This document shows positions 35,150 through 43,990 of a stretch of DNA of 44,937 nucleotides, piece after piece. Within the stretch, counting starts at the first letter, position 1. Each line of letters begins with the position of its first letter. The notes below the pieces were generated by a model. That model did not search any database. It saw only the letters and a program-made list of their open reading frames with translations, and had not been told where the DNA came from. The position numbers and the translations under genes were made by a program. Origin of the DNA: a virus (taxonomy: Duplodnaviria; Caudoviricetes); the IMG/VR virus record IMGVR_UViG_3300048848_000254, positions 1 through 44,937 of that record; one strand, written 5' to 3'.

Positions 35150-35615
35150 ACCCCCGCAGTCCAGGCCCGAATGGGCAAGCCCGGACAGAGTGCATCGGTG
35201 GATCTACGGAAAGACCGACGGGAGGGCGCCAGCGATACCCCGTTCCTTAACCAGCGAAGACTCGATAAACAGCGCGCCCACGCTTCGGCGGAGGCCTGCG
35301 CGCCAGGACATCCCCCTGTGCCTGAAGCGAAAGAAAAGGGAAATCCGCCCTACCCGCCAGCTGGCCGCAGTGCCAGCGCATTGACGGCGCAGGCGGGAGG
35401 TATGCGCCCGAATTCCACCTGGGTGGCGCACAGGTAACCCGTGAGCGTGCGCGGCCGGCAACCAACGGCACAGCGGCGCCTGAAAGTGGACGACAGGCCG
35501 GAGCAGACGGCAGAAAAGGGCCTGGCAACAGGCCGCTTTGGTCGGCGCATTCGCAAGAGTGCTCCGACGGAAGCACCAGCGGTACCGCGGCGCCCGGCCG
35601 GCGCCACCTTTCTCT
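35150..35615 (+). ncRNA. Candidate structured RNA leader of the PL operon
   Basis: No convincing ORF; several GNRA and UUCG hairpins. Confidence 0.4.
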
Positions 35616-35624
35616 CCTACATAC

Positions 35625-35810
35625 ATGAGCGAAATCGAGTTCGCGTCGGGCCAGACGCACAAAATCAAGGGCGGCCGCGGTAAGCCTGCCGTCGAGGCCG
35701 TCATCATCAACGTCCAGAAGCGTGGCCGGGGCCACACGGTGGCGTACCGCGTCGGGAAAGCCGAGCGCGCGGTGTCCGCCGGCTCCTTCCGCAGCAAGCT
35801 GGTTTCCTAA
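35625..35810 (+). CDS. Small basic hypothetical protein
   Basis: 61 aa, phage-like codon usage, first plausible ORF after PL. Confidence 0.6.
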   Translation: MSEIEFASGQTHKIKGGRGKPAVEAVIINVQKRGRGHTVAYRVGKAERAVSAGSFRSKLVS

Positions 35811-35936
35811 CCCTCCCCGTGCCCGCAAAGTGCGGGCGCTTCGGTGAACGCCTTCCGCAGGCGTTATCTCAACCAATGTGCAGGGTCTGGCCGCCCGCCG
35901 AGGGCGTTCACCGAAGCTTTCATGCAGGAGACGCCC

Positions 35937-36026
35937 ATGCTGGCCGATCTGCTTTTCAACGTCCGTCAGAACGGGATCCCTCTCCTGATCCTGTTCGCCA
36001 TCATCGCCGCCACCATAGGCTGGTAA
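35937..36026 (+). CDS. 29-aa single-TM peptide
   Basis: AGGAG RBS; MLADLLFNVRQNGIPLLILFAIIAATIGW. Confidence 0.6.
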   Translation: MLADLLFNVRQNGIPLLILFAIIAATIGW

Positions 36027-36038
36027 ACGAGGTATTCC

Positions 36039-36653
36039 ATGACGATCGACATCCAGCGCTTTTGTGCGATGAATAGTGACCCGCGCGAGTGGCTGCGCAG
36101 GCCCTGGATCGAAGACGGCACCACCGTTGCCACCAACGGCCACATCGTTGTCCGCGTCGATACGGTCCTTCAGGGCGAAATCGCTGACGCGCCCCACGGA
36201 ACCATGAGTGGGCGAATCCCGAAGGTAATCGCGGCGGCCGCGCACCTCGACGCAGTCGTGTCAGCCCGTGACATCGCCATCACGATGGTGCCATGCCGGC
36301 ATTGCGCCGGCGAGGGGACTGTGACCGACCGAGAATGCAACGAGTGTGAAGGCGAAGGCGAATTCGGACATGGCACTCACTGGTATTGCTGCAAGGAATG
36401 CGACGGAGACGGAAGAATCATCAGCCCCGTCAAATCCGACGCTGAAGGTGCAACCCCTTGCGACAGTTGCCATGGATCCGGTCACGACTTCAAGTCGTAC
36501 ACAACTGTGGGCAACAGCATGCTTGCCAACCGCTATTTGGCTCTCCTGCAGGATCTTCCAAACTGCCGTCTGGCACTCCCGGAACTCTCCGATCAGCCTG
36601 TTAGGTTCGATTTCGATGGCGGGACCGGCGTCCTGATGCCGATGCTTATCTGA
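36039..36653 (+). CDS. Protein with DnaJ-type CxxCxGxG zinc-finger repeats
   Basis: CRHCAGEG, CNECEGEG, CKECDGDG, CDSCHGSG; ATNGH and G.LMPM flanking motifs. Confidence 0.85.
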   Translation: MTIDIQRFCAMNSDPREWLRRPWIEDGTTVATNGHIVVRVDTVLQGEIADAPHGTMSGRIPKVIAAAAHLDAVVSARDIAITMVPCRHCAGEGTVTDRECNECEGEGEFGHGTHWYCCKECDGDGRIISPVKSDAEGATPCDSCHGSGHDFKSYTTVGNSMLANRYLALLQDLPNCRLALPELSDQPVRFDFDGGTGVLMPMLI

Positions 36654-37270
36654 AATACCCCCCGAAAGGGGCCTTGAGCGTGCGCCGCAAGGCAAAGCAC
36701 GCGCCCGCGGTGTCCCGTGGCAGGAGTTGCAGGAAGCCACCGAGGCCATAGGGCGGGAAAGTGCAACCGGGCAGGCCCCGCGACGCGAGCAGTACCCAGC
36801 CATGGGCAAATGGCCGTGAACCTGGGCCGCGTCAGTGCCCAGGGCCATCATCGAGCCGCCTTTGAAAGCGGATGCCGCTGCCAGGGTTTCGCCGTGCGGA
36901 CGGGCGGACGCAGCGAGTAAAGGACGGCTCACTGATGGCAGCAGCCCATGAGGCACCTGAAACACGGAATCGCTCCCCCGCGGCTGCCGTCGGCAAGGAG
37001 CGACAGAGAAGCCGAACCTGTAAGCCATCTCCACATTGCAGGACCAAAGCCAGGGCAACGATCCCCTGCGCTGCCTGCGGCTCGCCGCCCGACGAGCGAT
37101 AAAGACGTGGGCCCCGCGACCCTTAAGGTTGGGGCTTGGCACGCTGCGGGTGGGTCCTGGAGTCGGCCGAAAGCCAATCGGCGCCAGATACGTCACTGGC
37201 CGCGAGCCTGATCGCGCACAGGCCCATGCCGGACATGGTGAAAGCCGGAATCCTTTCCCCCACGGACAGC
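36654..37270 (+). ncRNA. Candidate large structured RNA tract
   Basis: No convincing ORF; GNRA hairpins and a three-helix arm at 36844-36939. Confidence 0.4.
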
Positions 37271-37273
37271 CAC

Positions 37274-37447
37274 ATGAAAAACCGTATGCAAAAGCTGTGC
37301 GACCTGCTCGCGCCGCGCGACCACGCCGGCCGCGGCGACTACGACGATAACGCCGACATCCCGCCCATCGCCTGGCTGTACGGCCTGCTGTTCGTGCTGG
37401 GCTGGATCGGCTTCCAATCCCTCGCGCACGGCGCTGGGTTCAACTGA
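37274..37447 (+). CDS. Small membrane protein
   Basis: 57 aa with C-terminal TM segment; directly upstream of ssb. Confidence 0.6.
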   Translation: MKNRMQKLCDLLAPRDHAGRGDYDDNADIPPIAWLYGLLFVLGWIGFQSLAHGAGFN

Positions 37448-37463
37448 AGGAGCGGCCGCCAGC

Positions 37464-37961
37464 ATGGCCAGCGTCAACAAAGTAATTCTGGTCGGCAACC
37501 TGGGCCGAGATCCGGACATTCGGTATTCCGGCACCGGCGAGGCCGTCTGCAGCATCTCTATCGCCACGACGTCCCACTGGAAAGACAAAGCCACCGGCGC
37601 GCCGCGCGAGGAAACGGAGTGGCACCGCGTCGTTATGTACGGCCGGCTCGCGGAAATCGCCGGCGAGTACCTGAAAAAGGGCCGGCCAGTCTACATCGAA
37701 GGACGCCTCAAGACGCGGAAATGGCAGGACCGCGACACCGGCGCCGACCGCTACAGCACCGAAATCATCGCGGATCAGATGCAGATGCTGGGACAGCGAG
37801 AGTTGGGCGGCCAAGGTGGTCATGCTGCTGATGCGCCAGACGCCGCACCTCGGCGCCGCAGCAACGGCTACCAAGCCGCCCGCGAAGGCGCGGCGCCGGC
37901 GTCTGGTAGCGATGCAGCTTCCCGGACGCTCGCAGATATGGACGACGACATACCATTCTAA
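37464..37961 (+). CDS. ssb: Single-stranded DNA-binding protein
   Basis: [14 protein letters not shown]...TEWHRV...DDDIPF. Confidence 0.97.
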   Translation: MASVNKVILVGNLGRDPDIRYSGTGEAVCSISIATTSHWKDKATGAPREETEWHRVVMYGRLAEIAGEYLKKGRPVYIEGRLKTRKWQDRDTGADRYSTEIIADQMQMLGQRELGGQGGHAADAPDAAPRRRSNGYQAAREGAAPASGSDAASRTLADMDDDIPF

Positions 37962-38560
37962 CGCGGAGACGCCGCTTCCCTAAGCGCTCGGTTCCCGGCG
38001 TACACGTCTGCTGCGAATTCGGCAAGCGCGGCGGCGGTCTCCGGATGCAAGAACTTCCCAGCACGCCATTCGCCCTCGGCGATAGACGCTTCTATCGCTA
38101 CATCACGTATTGCGTCCGCGATCTTCAATAACGACACCAGTGCGGCCGGCGGGATTTCATGAAACGGGATTGCCCTCAAGGCGGCCTCTGCTTCCCTGAA
38201 ATCCCTAGCTGAATACGAAGCTCGGCCATCGAAATAGCTGGCCGGATCGCTGTTGCTGACAAGGATGCGCTCGGCCTCTTCAGCTAACGCTACCGCTCTT
38301 GCCGCAAGGATGCGTAAACAATCGACCAATTCAGCCCGCTGATTAGCTGCCCGGGCGTCTTCCAGGCGAACTTGGCGCGTCGCCAACAGCCCGGCGAAGA
38401 AGATCGCAGCAATTGATCCGAACGCCTGCACCCAAGCTGCTAACGCCTCGCTAGTGGTAGGTGGATCTCGATAAAACAGGTGGAGGCAGATGATCAGTGC
38501 CCCTAGGTAGATCCAAAGTTGGAGCCGATTTGCAAACCATGTGTGGATCCGACAAAGCAT
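37958..38560 (-). CDS. Counter-oriented membrane moron protein
   Basis: Two N-terminal TM segments ([13 protein letters not shown]), GGAGG RBS, own promoter candidate. Confidence 0.75.
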   Translation of the reverse strand: MLCRIHTWFANRLQLWIYLGALIICLHLFYRDPPTTSEALAAWVQAFGSIAAIFFAGLLATRQVRLEDARAANQRAELVDCLRILAARAVALAEEAERILVSNSDPASYFDGRASYSARDFREAEAALRAIPFHEIPPAALVSLLKIADAIRDVAIEASIAEGEWRAGKFLHPETAAALAEFAADVYAGNRALREAASPR

Positions 38561-38582
38561 GTCTCCCTCCTAAACGCTGCTG

Positions 38583-38612
38583 ATCATAAAGTGGCTAGAA
38601 AGGAAATTTCAA
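38583..38612 (-). promoter_or_regulatory. Sigma70-type promoter for the moron at 38560
   Basis: TTGAAA-18 nt-TATGAT overlapping the rdgC RBS region. Confidence 0.6.
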
Positions 38613-38613
38613 T

Positions 38614-39504
38614 ATGTGGTTCAAGAACCTGAAGGTCTACCGCCTCGCCAAGCAGGCGCCCCTAGATGTCGCGGCCATGGAAGGCGCGCTCGCAAAGCAC
38701 GCCCTGGACGCTGCCATCGGCCTGGAATTCCAGAGCCTGGGCTGGGTGCCCCCGCGGGAGGGCAGCGGCCTGGTGTACTCGGTCTCGGGCCAGATCCTGG
38801 CCACCCTGCGCGCGCGCCGCAGGCTGCTGCCCGCCACGGTCATCAACCAGGCAACCAAGGCCCGCGCTGCCGAGGTCGAAGAGCAGCAGGGCTACCGGCC
38901 TGGTCGCAAGCAGATGAAGGAAATAAAGGAGCGCGTCATCGACGAACTGCTCCCCAAGGCCTTCAGCCTCTACCGCGATACCCGCGTCTGGATCGACCCG
39001 AAGAACCGCTGGCTGGTGGTCGCTGGTGCTGACGCCAGGGCCGACGAAGCCCTCGGCCTGCTGGCCAAGACCCTGGATCCCTTCCCCATCGAATCGCTGT
39101 ATGTCCACCAGTCGCCAGCGGCGGCCATGACGCTATGGCTGGAAAGCGACGAGCCGCCAGCCAATTTCTCGATCGACCAGGACACCGAGCTGCGCGCCAC
39201 CGGCGACAGCCAGGCCAAGATCCGGTACGTCAAACAATCGATGGACGCGTACGACGCATCGAAACACATCCGCGCCGGTAAGCAATGCACGCGGCTGGCC
39301 ATGACCTGGGCCGATCGGGTTTCCTTCGTCCTGACCGATTCCCTGGATCTGAAGCGCATCACGCCGCTGGACGTCCTGAAGGAATCCGCCAGCATCGCCC
39401 AGACCGATGCGGAACGCTTCGAGTCCGATTTCACGCTCATGACCGGCGAGCTGGCCAAGATGCTGGGCGACTTGGTGGCAGTGCTTGGCGGCGAGCGCAG
39501 GTAG
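38614..39504 (+). CDS. rdgC: Recombination-associated protein RdgC
   Basis: MWFKNL..YRL, GWVPP, LLP..VI, LLPKAF, F..DF.LM.GEL. Confidence 0.96.
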   Translation: MWFKNLKVYRLAKQAPLDVAAMEGALAKHALDAAIGLEFQSLGWVPPREGSGLVYSVSGQILATLRARRRLLPATVINQATKARAAEVEEQQGYRPGRKQMKEIKERVIDELLPKAFSLYRDTRVWIDPKNRWLVVAGADARADEALGLLAKTLDPFPIESLYVHQSPAAAMTLWLESDEPPANFSIDQDTELRATGDSQAKIRYVKQSMDAYDASKHIRAGKQCTRLAMTWADRVSFVLTDSLDLKRITPLDVLKESASIAQTDAERFESDFTLMTGELAKMLGDLVAVLGGERR

Positions 39505-39509
39505 CGGCC

Positions 39510-39695
39510 ATGCAAGATCCCAAAGCGCTCGCTTCTCTGCTTGAAACCGCGCGCGCCATCGCGGTGGAAGATCGCGCCACCATAGCGGAGCTTCAGGACA
39601 TCGTCGCTAGCCAATCGATCGAGATCGCTCGCCTACGTGCATTACTCGGGCAGACCGCTGATAAGTACCCCAGTCGGCCCATGCATAAAGAGTAG
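39510..39695 (+). CDS. Small coiled-coil hypothetical protein
   Basis: ATG 5 nt after the rdgC stop; heptad-like pattern. Confidence 0.45.
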   Translation: MQDPKALASLLETARAIAVEDRATIAELQDIVASQSIEIARLRALLGQTADKYPSRPMHKE

Positions 39696-40265
39696 CGTCG
39701 GCTTTCGGCCCAGTCCAGCCCATAGCGCCTTCAACGCCTCCTCTACGGCCTCCAACGTCGATCGCAGCTCCATCGGATCAAGCAATGGCGTGACGTGCCG
39801 CTCGCCTTCAGCCATCGCGACATTCCTTCGCTCATCGGGTGCACACACAATGGCGAACCCCGCCCGATTCGACGCTGGGCACGGATGGGCCAACGCGTTT
39901 CTGACCTCGAACAACCTGTCGATATACGACCAGGGCTCTCGACCCCAATCCACGTCGATGTGCGCGGCTTTCGCGATTAGCTCCAACTTCTTGCGGGGGC
40001 CCATTCGTTCAATAGGGTTCTTCTTCCGATCCCAGTCCGACCCAAACACCTCCGGACCGACGGTCTGACAAAAGCCTTCCACCGTTGATGCCAGCAAGAC
40101 CAGTGCACCCATGCGTTTGAACGTGGCGCCGACTGGCTCCTCGTCGGCAAGCTCCATCAATGATTTCGCAGCATGCCGCAATACGGGCACTGGCCGATAG
40201 TCCTCTTCGAAGTGGACCCAATACGTCCTTCTATCTTCGGCGTTGAGCTTAGCTTGCGAGGTCAT
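39642..40265 (-). CDS. Counter-oriented moron with HEPN RxxxxH motif
   Basis: AAGGA RBS; 207 aa with VEGF and RNALAH. Confidence 0.7.
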   Translation of the reverse strand: MTSQAKLNAEDRRTYWVHFEEDYRPVPVLRHAAKSLMELADEEPVGATFKRMGALVLLASTVEGFCQTVGPEVFGSDWDRKKNPIERMGPRKKLELIAKAAHIDVDWGREPWSYIDRLFEVRNALAHPCPASNRAGFAIVCAPDERRNVAMAEGERHVTPLLDPMELRSTLEAVEEALKALWAGLGRKPTLLFMHGPTGVLISGLPE

Positions 40266-40299
40266 CACTTCCTTTGAGCAAATATCTGAGGCACACCCC

Positions 40300-42213
40300 T
40301 TGATCCGCGACCAATTTACCCTAGATGTACACCCAGAGTTGATTGTCGACAATTTCGCCGGCGGAGGGGGCGCCTCGACCGGCATCGAAATGGCCCTGGG
40401 CCGCTGCGTTGATATTGCCATCAACCACGACCCCGAAGCCGTAGCAATGCACGAGATCAACCACCCGCAGACGCGGCACTACTGCGAATCGGTGTGGGAC
40501 GTCGATCCTATCGAAGCGACGCAGGGCCGCCCGGTCGGCCTGGCGTGGTTCAGCCCCGACTGCAAGCACTTCAGCAAGGCCAAGGGCGGCAAGCCTCGTG
40601 ATAAGCGCATACGCGGCCTGGCCTGGATCGTGCTGCGCTGGGCCGCGCTGGTGCGCCCGCGCGTCATCATGCTGGAGAACGTCGAGGAATTCCGGACCTG
40701 GGGCCCGTTGCTGGAAAGCGGCCAGCCCTGCCCGGCGCGCAAGGGCCAGACCTTCCGTTCCTTCGTCCACCAGCTGCAGGAGAAGGGCTACGCGGTCGAA
40801 CATCGGGAGCTGCGCGCGTGCGATTACGGTGCCCCGACCATCCGCAAGCGGCTGTTCCTGATCGCCAGGTGCGATGGGCGGTCAATCGTATGGCCGGAGC
40901 CGACGCACGGCGCGCCCACGTCGCCCGAGGTGCAGGCCGGTCAACGCAAGCCCTGGCGCACCGCGGCTGACTGCATCGACTGGTCTATCCCCTGCCCGTC
41001 GATCTTCGAGCGCCAGCGCCCCCTTGCCGAGGCCACCCTGAGGCGAATCGCGCGGGGGATCCGACGCTACGTGATCGACGCAGCGCAGCCTTTCATCGTC
41101 GGCGCCGGCGGTCCGGTTTATTCGGGCAAGCCGGTGCCGGCGAACCGCCCGTTTGGCGCGCTGACGACGGAAAACCATCGGCACGTGGTTGTGCCCCACA
41201 TCACGAAGTTCCGGACCGGATCGACCGGGGCCGCCCTAGGCGAGCCGATGCCGACCATTACGGCCGGTCCCAAAGAGAATCCCGCCGGCGCGCCGCATGC
41301 GCTGGGAGTCGTTGCCCCGTTCCTGACCGAGCATACAAACGGCTCGACGCAACGCAACTTCGACGCGGACGCGCCGCTCCGCACTCAGTGCGCCGAGGTA
41401 AAGGGCGGACACTTTGCCATGGTCGCGCCCACGCTGGTACAGGCCGGCTTCGGCGAGCGGCCGGGACAAGCGCCTCGATGCCTGGACCTGCACAAACCGC
41501 TCGGCACCGTCACGGCGCAGGGTCGGAAACACGCGCTGGTGTCCGCGTTCCTGGCCAAGCACTACGGCGGCAACTATGACGGCCCAGGCGCGCCGCTGGA
41601 CGGCCCTGCGCACACAGCAACGACCGTGGACCACCACGCCTTGGTGGCGGCGCAGCTGGTGGGCTGTGGCGGCCGCGCCGGCCAGAGCCGGCCGCGCGAC
41701 GCGGCCGAGCCGGCGCAGACGCTGACCACCAAGGCGGACACCTGCGTCGTGACTTCGCACCTGGCGAAGCTGCGCAATAACCAGTTCGGCCAGGCCACCG
41801 ATGAGCCCATGCCCACGCTGACCGCCGGCGGCGGGCATGTCGCTGACGTGCGCGCCTTCCTGGTCAAGTATTACAGCGAAGGCGGCCAGGACCAGGACTG
41901 CCGCGACCCGATGCACACCATCCCGACGAAGGACCGTATCGGTCTGGTCACTGTTGCAGGGCAGGAATATGTCATCGCCGACATCGGCATGCGAATGCTG
42001 GAGCCGCATGAGCTGTACGCCGCCCAGGGATTTCCCGCTACCTACGTGATCGCCCCAACCATCAATGGCCGCAGGCTGCCGAAGCATGCCCAGGTGCGCA
42101 TGTGTGGCAACAGCGTATGCCCGCCGCTCGCTGCGGCGCTCGCGCGCGCGAACGTGCCTGAACTGGCGGCCTGGACACCCAAGGAAGCCAAGCGCCAAAG
42201 GATCGCAGCATGA
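40300..42213 (+). CDS. C5 DNA cytosine methyltransferase with repetitive variable region
   Basis: FAGGGG, SPDC, ENV, R.RLF and GNSV motifs; TTG start after GAGG. Confidence 0.93.
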   Translation: MIRDQFTLDVHPELIVDNFAGGGGASTGIEMALGRCVDIAINHDPEAVAMHEINHPQTRHYCESVWDVDPIEATQGRPVGLAWFSPDCKHFSKAKGGKPRDKRIRGLAWIVLRWAALVRPRVIMLENVEEFRTWGPLLESGQPCPARKGQTFRSFVHQLQEKGYAVEHRELRACDYGAPTIRKRLFLIARCDGRSIVWPEPTHGAPTSPEVQAGQRKPWRTAADCIDWSIPCPSIFERQRPLAEATLRRIARGIRRYVIDAAQPFIVGAGGPVYSGKPVPANRPFGALTTENHRHVVVPHITKFRTGSTGAALGEPMPTITAGPKENPAGAPHALGVVAPFLTEHTNGSTQRNFDADAPLRTQCAEVKGGHFAMVAPTLVQAGFGERPGQAPRCLDLHKPLGTVTAQGRKHALVSAFLAKHYGGNYDGPGAPLDGPAHTATTVDHHALVAAQLVGCGGRAGQSRPRDAAEPAQTLTTKADTCVVTSHLAKLRNNQFGQATDEPMPTLTAGGGHVADVRAFLVKYYSEGGQDQDCRDPMHTIPTKDRIGLVTVAGQEYVIADIGMRMLEPHELYAAQGFPATYVIAPTINGRRLPKHAQVRMCGNSVCPPLAAALARANVPELAAWTPKEAKRQRIAA

Positions 42214-43082
42214 GCCACCCCCAAGACCATACCGCAGCCCTGCTACCGTGCCCGTTCTGCGGCGGCACGCCGGAGTTCGAACGAATTGGCACGGCCCGTC
42301 AATCCTGCATCGTCACATGCACCAACTGCGGCACACGGCATGAAAGCTCCGACGAAGGCTCGGAGTGCGGCGCATCCTGGAACAACCGCCTGCCTGCCGC
42401 CAGCGACGCCGGGGCGGTTCCGGATGACACATACCGCATGGCACAGGACGACAGGGCGACATTTCCCGCCTGGACGGTGCGGAAGCTTTGGGAATTGAAG
42501 GAGCATTACAGGTTGCTCGCCGCCCCCTCGGACGCAGCCGCACCTGTAGAGGCCGGGACGGCGCGGTTCGACATGGTTGCGCATCTTGCGAGACAACGGG
42601 AATGGTCCGAACGCACGTTCGGCCCCGGCGCTCGTGCGAAAGGCGTGGTCGACCATATCCGCAAGGAACTTTGCGAAATCGAAGCCGATCCCGGCGACCT
42701 GAAAGAATGGGTCGATGTGGTGATCCTGGCCCTTGATGGAGCCTGGCGCAGTAGTGCAACCCCGACGCAAATCGTTGATGCCATCGTTGCCAAGCAGACG
42801 AAGAACGAAGGCCGACAGTGGCCTGATTGGCGCACCGCTGATCCGGACAAGGCCATCGAGCATGATCGTTCCGGCGACGCCGCCCTGCGCCTGCCCAGCG
42901 CGGGGTATGCGGACTACACGCTCCACCTTGAAACTGCCCTGCTCGACTGCGCCAAGGTCGCCATACTGCACGGCGACGGGTATCTATGCGATTGCATCGA
43001 CAACACCGGCACCCGGTACCAGTCGCAGTTCTTGGCGGACCTGCTTGCCCGCGCCCAGCGTGCCGCAGACAGGGATGCGTGA
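42210..43082 (+). CDS. Lar-like zinc ribbon fused to DUF550 (MazG-like nucleotide pyrophosphohydrolase) domain
   Basis: LLPCPFCGG...CTNCG; WSERTFGP...DHIRKEL.E...EWVD..IL..DG.WR...K..KN..R.WPDW. Confidence 0.82.
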   Translation: MSHPQDHTAALLPCPFCGGTPEFERIGTARQSCIVTCTNCGTRHESSDEGSECGASWNNRLPAASDAGAVPDDTYRMAQDDRATFPAWTVRKLWELKEHYRLLAAPSDAAAPVEAGTARFDMVAHLARQREWSERTFGPGARAKGVVDHIRKELCEIEADPGDLKEWVDVVILALDGAWRSSATPTQIVDAIVAKQTKNEGRQWPDWRTADPDKAIEHDRSGDAALRLPSAGYADYTLHLETALLDCAKVAILHGDGYLCDCIDNTGTRYQSQFLADLLARAQRAADRDA

Positions 43083-43537
43083 TGGCACTTCCCTACAGCA
43101 ACGCCACCAGCGGCGAAAAGGCTCTTGGCGAGATACAGAAGATGCTGCGCGGCTTCGGCTGCAAGAAGTTCGGCAGCATGGTCGATGACGCGGCCGGCGA
43201 GCTGCTGGTCCAGTTCGAGTACCGCGGCCGCATGGTCAGCGTGAAAGCGTCGACCAAGGGCTACGCCGCGGCTTGGCTGAAGGAGAACCCCTGGAGCAGC
43301 CGCCGCGCCGGCACGCGTGCTCAGTACGAGAAGAAAGCCATGGACGTCGCCAGCGTGGCGGTCTACTCGATCCTGCGCGACTGGATCAAAGGCCAGATCA
43401 TGGCCATCGAGACCGGCATTCTGTCGTTCGAAGGCGCATTCTTGGGCCAGATCATGCTACCGAATGGCAAGACCGTATTGGAGCACGCGCAGCAGGGCAA
43501 CCTTTTGCCGGCGCCGCAGGGGGATGGTGATGAATAG
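43082..43537 (+). CDS. Hypothetical phage protein
   Basis: Coupled start; LRDWIKGQ..A.E.G..SFE..FL. Confidence 0.75.
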   Translation: MALPYSNATSGEKALGEIQKMLRGFGCKKFGSMVDDAAGELLVQFEYRGRMVSVKASTKGYAAAWLKENPWSSRRAGTRAQYEKKAMDVASVAVYSILRDWIKGQIMAIETGILSFEGAFLGQIMLPNGKTVLEHAQQGNLLPAPQGDGDE

Positions 43538-43648
43538 GCGTGAACCCGGCCAGCCCGAGGGGACGCTCATGGCGACCTCCGGATCATCCTGCCTGGTCCA
43601 CGGTGGATATGTGCGCACTGGTGAGCCGATGGTTCCGCGGGCAGCAGC

Positions 43649-43990
43649 ATGATGGAAGCTCAGGAAACCGCCATTACGCTGCAGGAGGCCGCTGACCGGC
43701 TGCACCTGTCGTACAGCACCGTATTCGCCCATCGGGAGAAGATCGGCTTTCGCCTGCCCGGATCCCGCGTCTGGCGGGTCTGGCCCTCCGAACTTGCAGC
43801 CCTGACCGAAAAACGTTCCAATCTGACCCGGCTACACCTGCGGGTCGGTGGAGAAACCGAATGCCAATCCGCAAAGATCCCAACTCCGGCATCTGGAGGC
43901 TTGACCTCCGCACGCCAGGCGGCGAAAGAATTAGACGCTCTACTGGCACAACGGACCGGAAAGCGGCGCAGGAATACCACGACCGGCTGA
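43649..43990 (+). CDS. Excisionase-like HTH protein
   Basis: TLQEAADRL.LSYSTV...G.R......WRV; immediately upstream of and overlapping int. Confidence 0.7.
   Translation: MMEAQETAITLQEAADRLHLSYSTVFAHREKIGFRLPGSRVWRVWPSELAALTEKRSNLTRLHLRVGGETECQSAKIPTPASGGLTSARQAAKELDALLAQRTGKRRRNTTTG

Noticed and set aside
35136-35607. ORFs in the PL leader (35136-35384, 35171-35437 and antisense frames)
   Set aside because: No RBS, one start lies inside an operator, and the translations are low-complexity Arg/Pro/Ala-rich.
36930-36965. Hammerhead ribozyme core
   Set aside because: Reads CTGATGG rather than CTGANGA, and the stems around GAAAC do not fit the topology.
42210-43082. 2-aminoadenine (Z-genome) pathway
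   Set aside because: DUF550 is present, but no purZ, dATPase or phage DNA polymerase.
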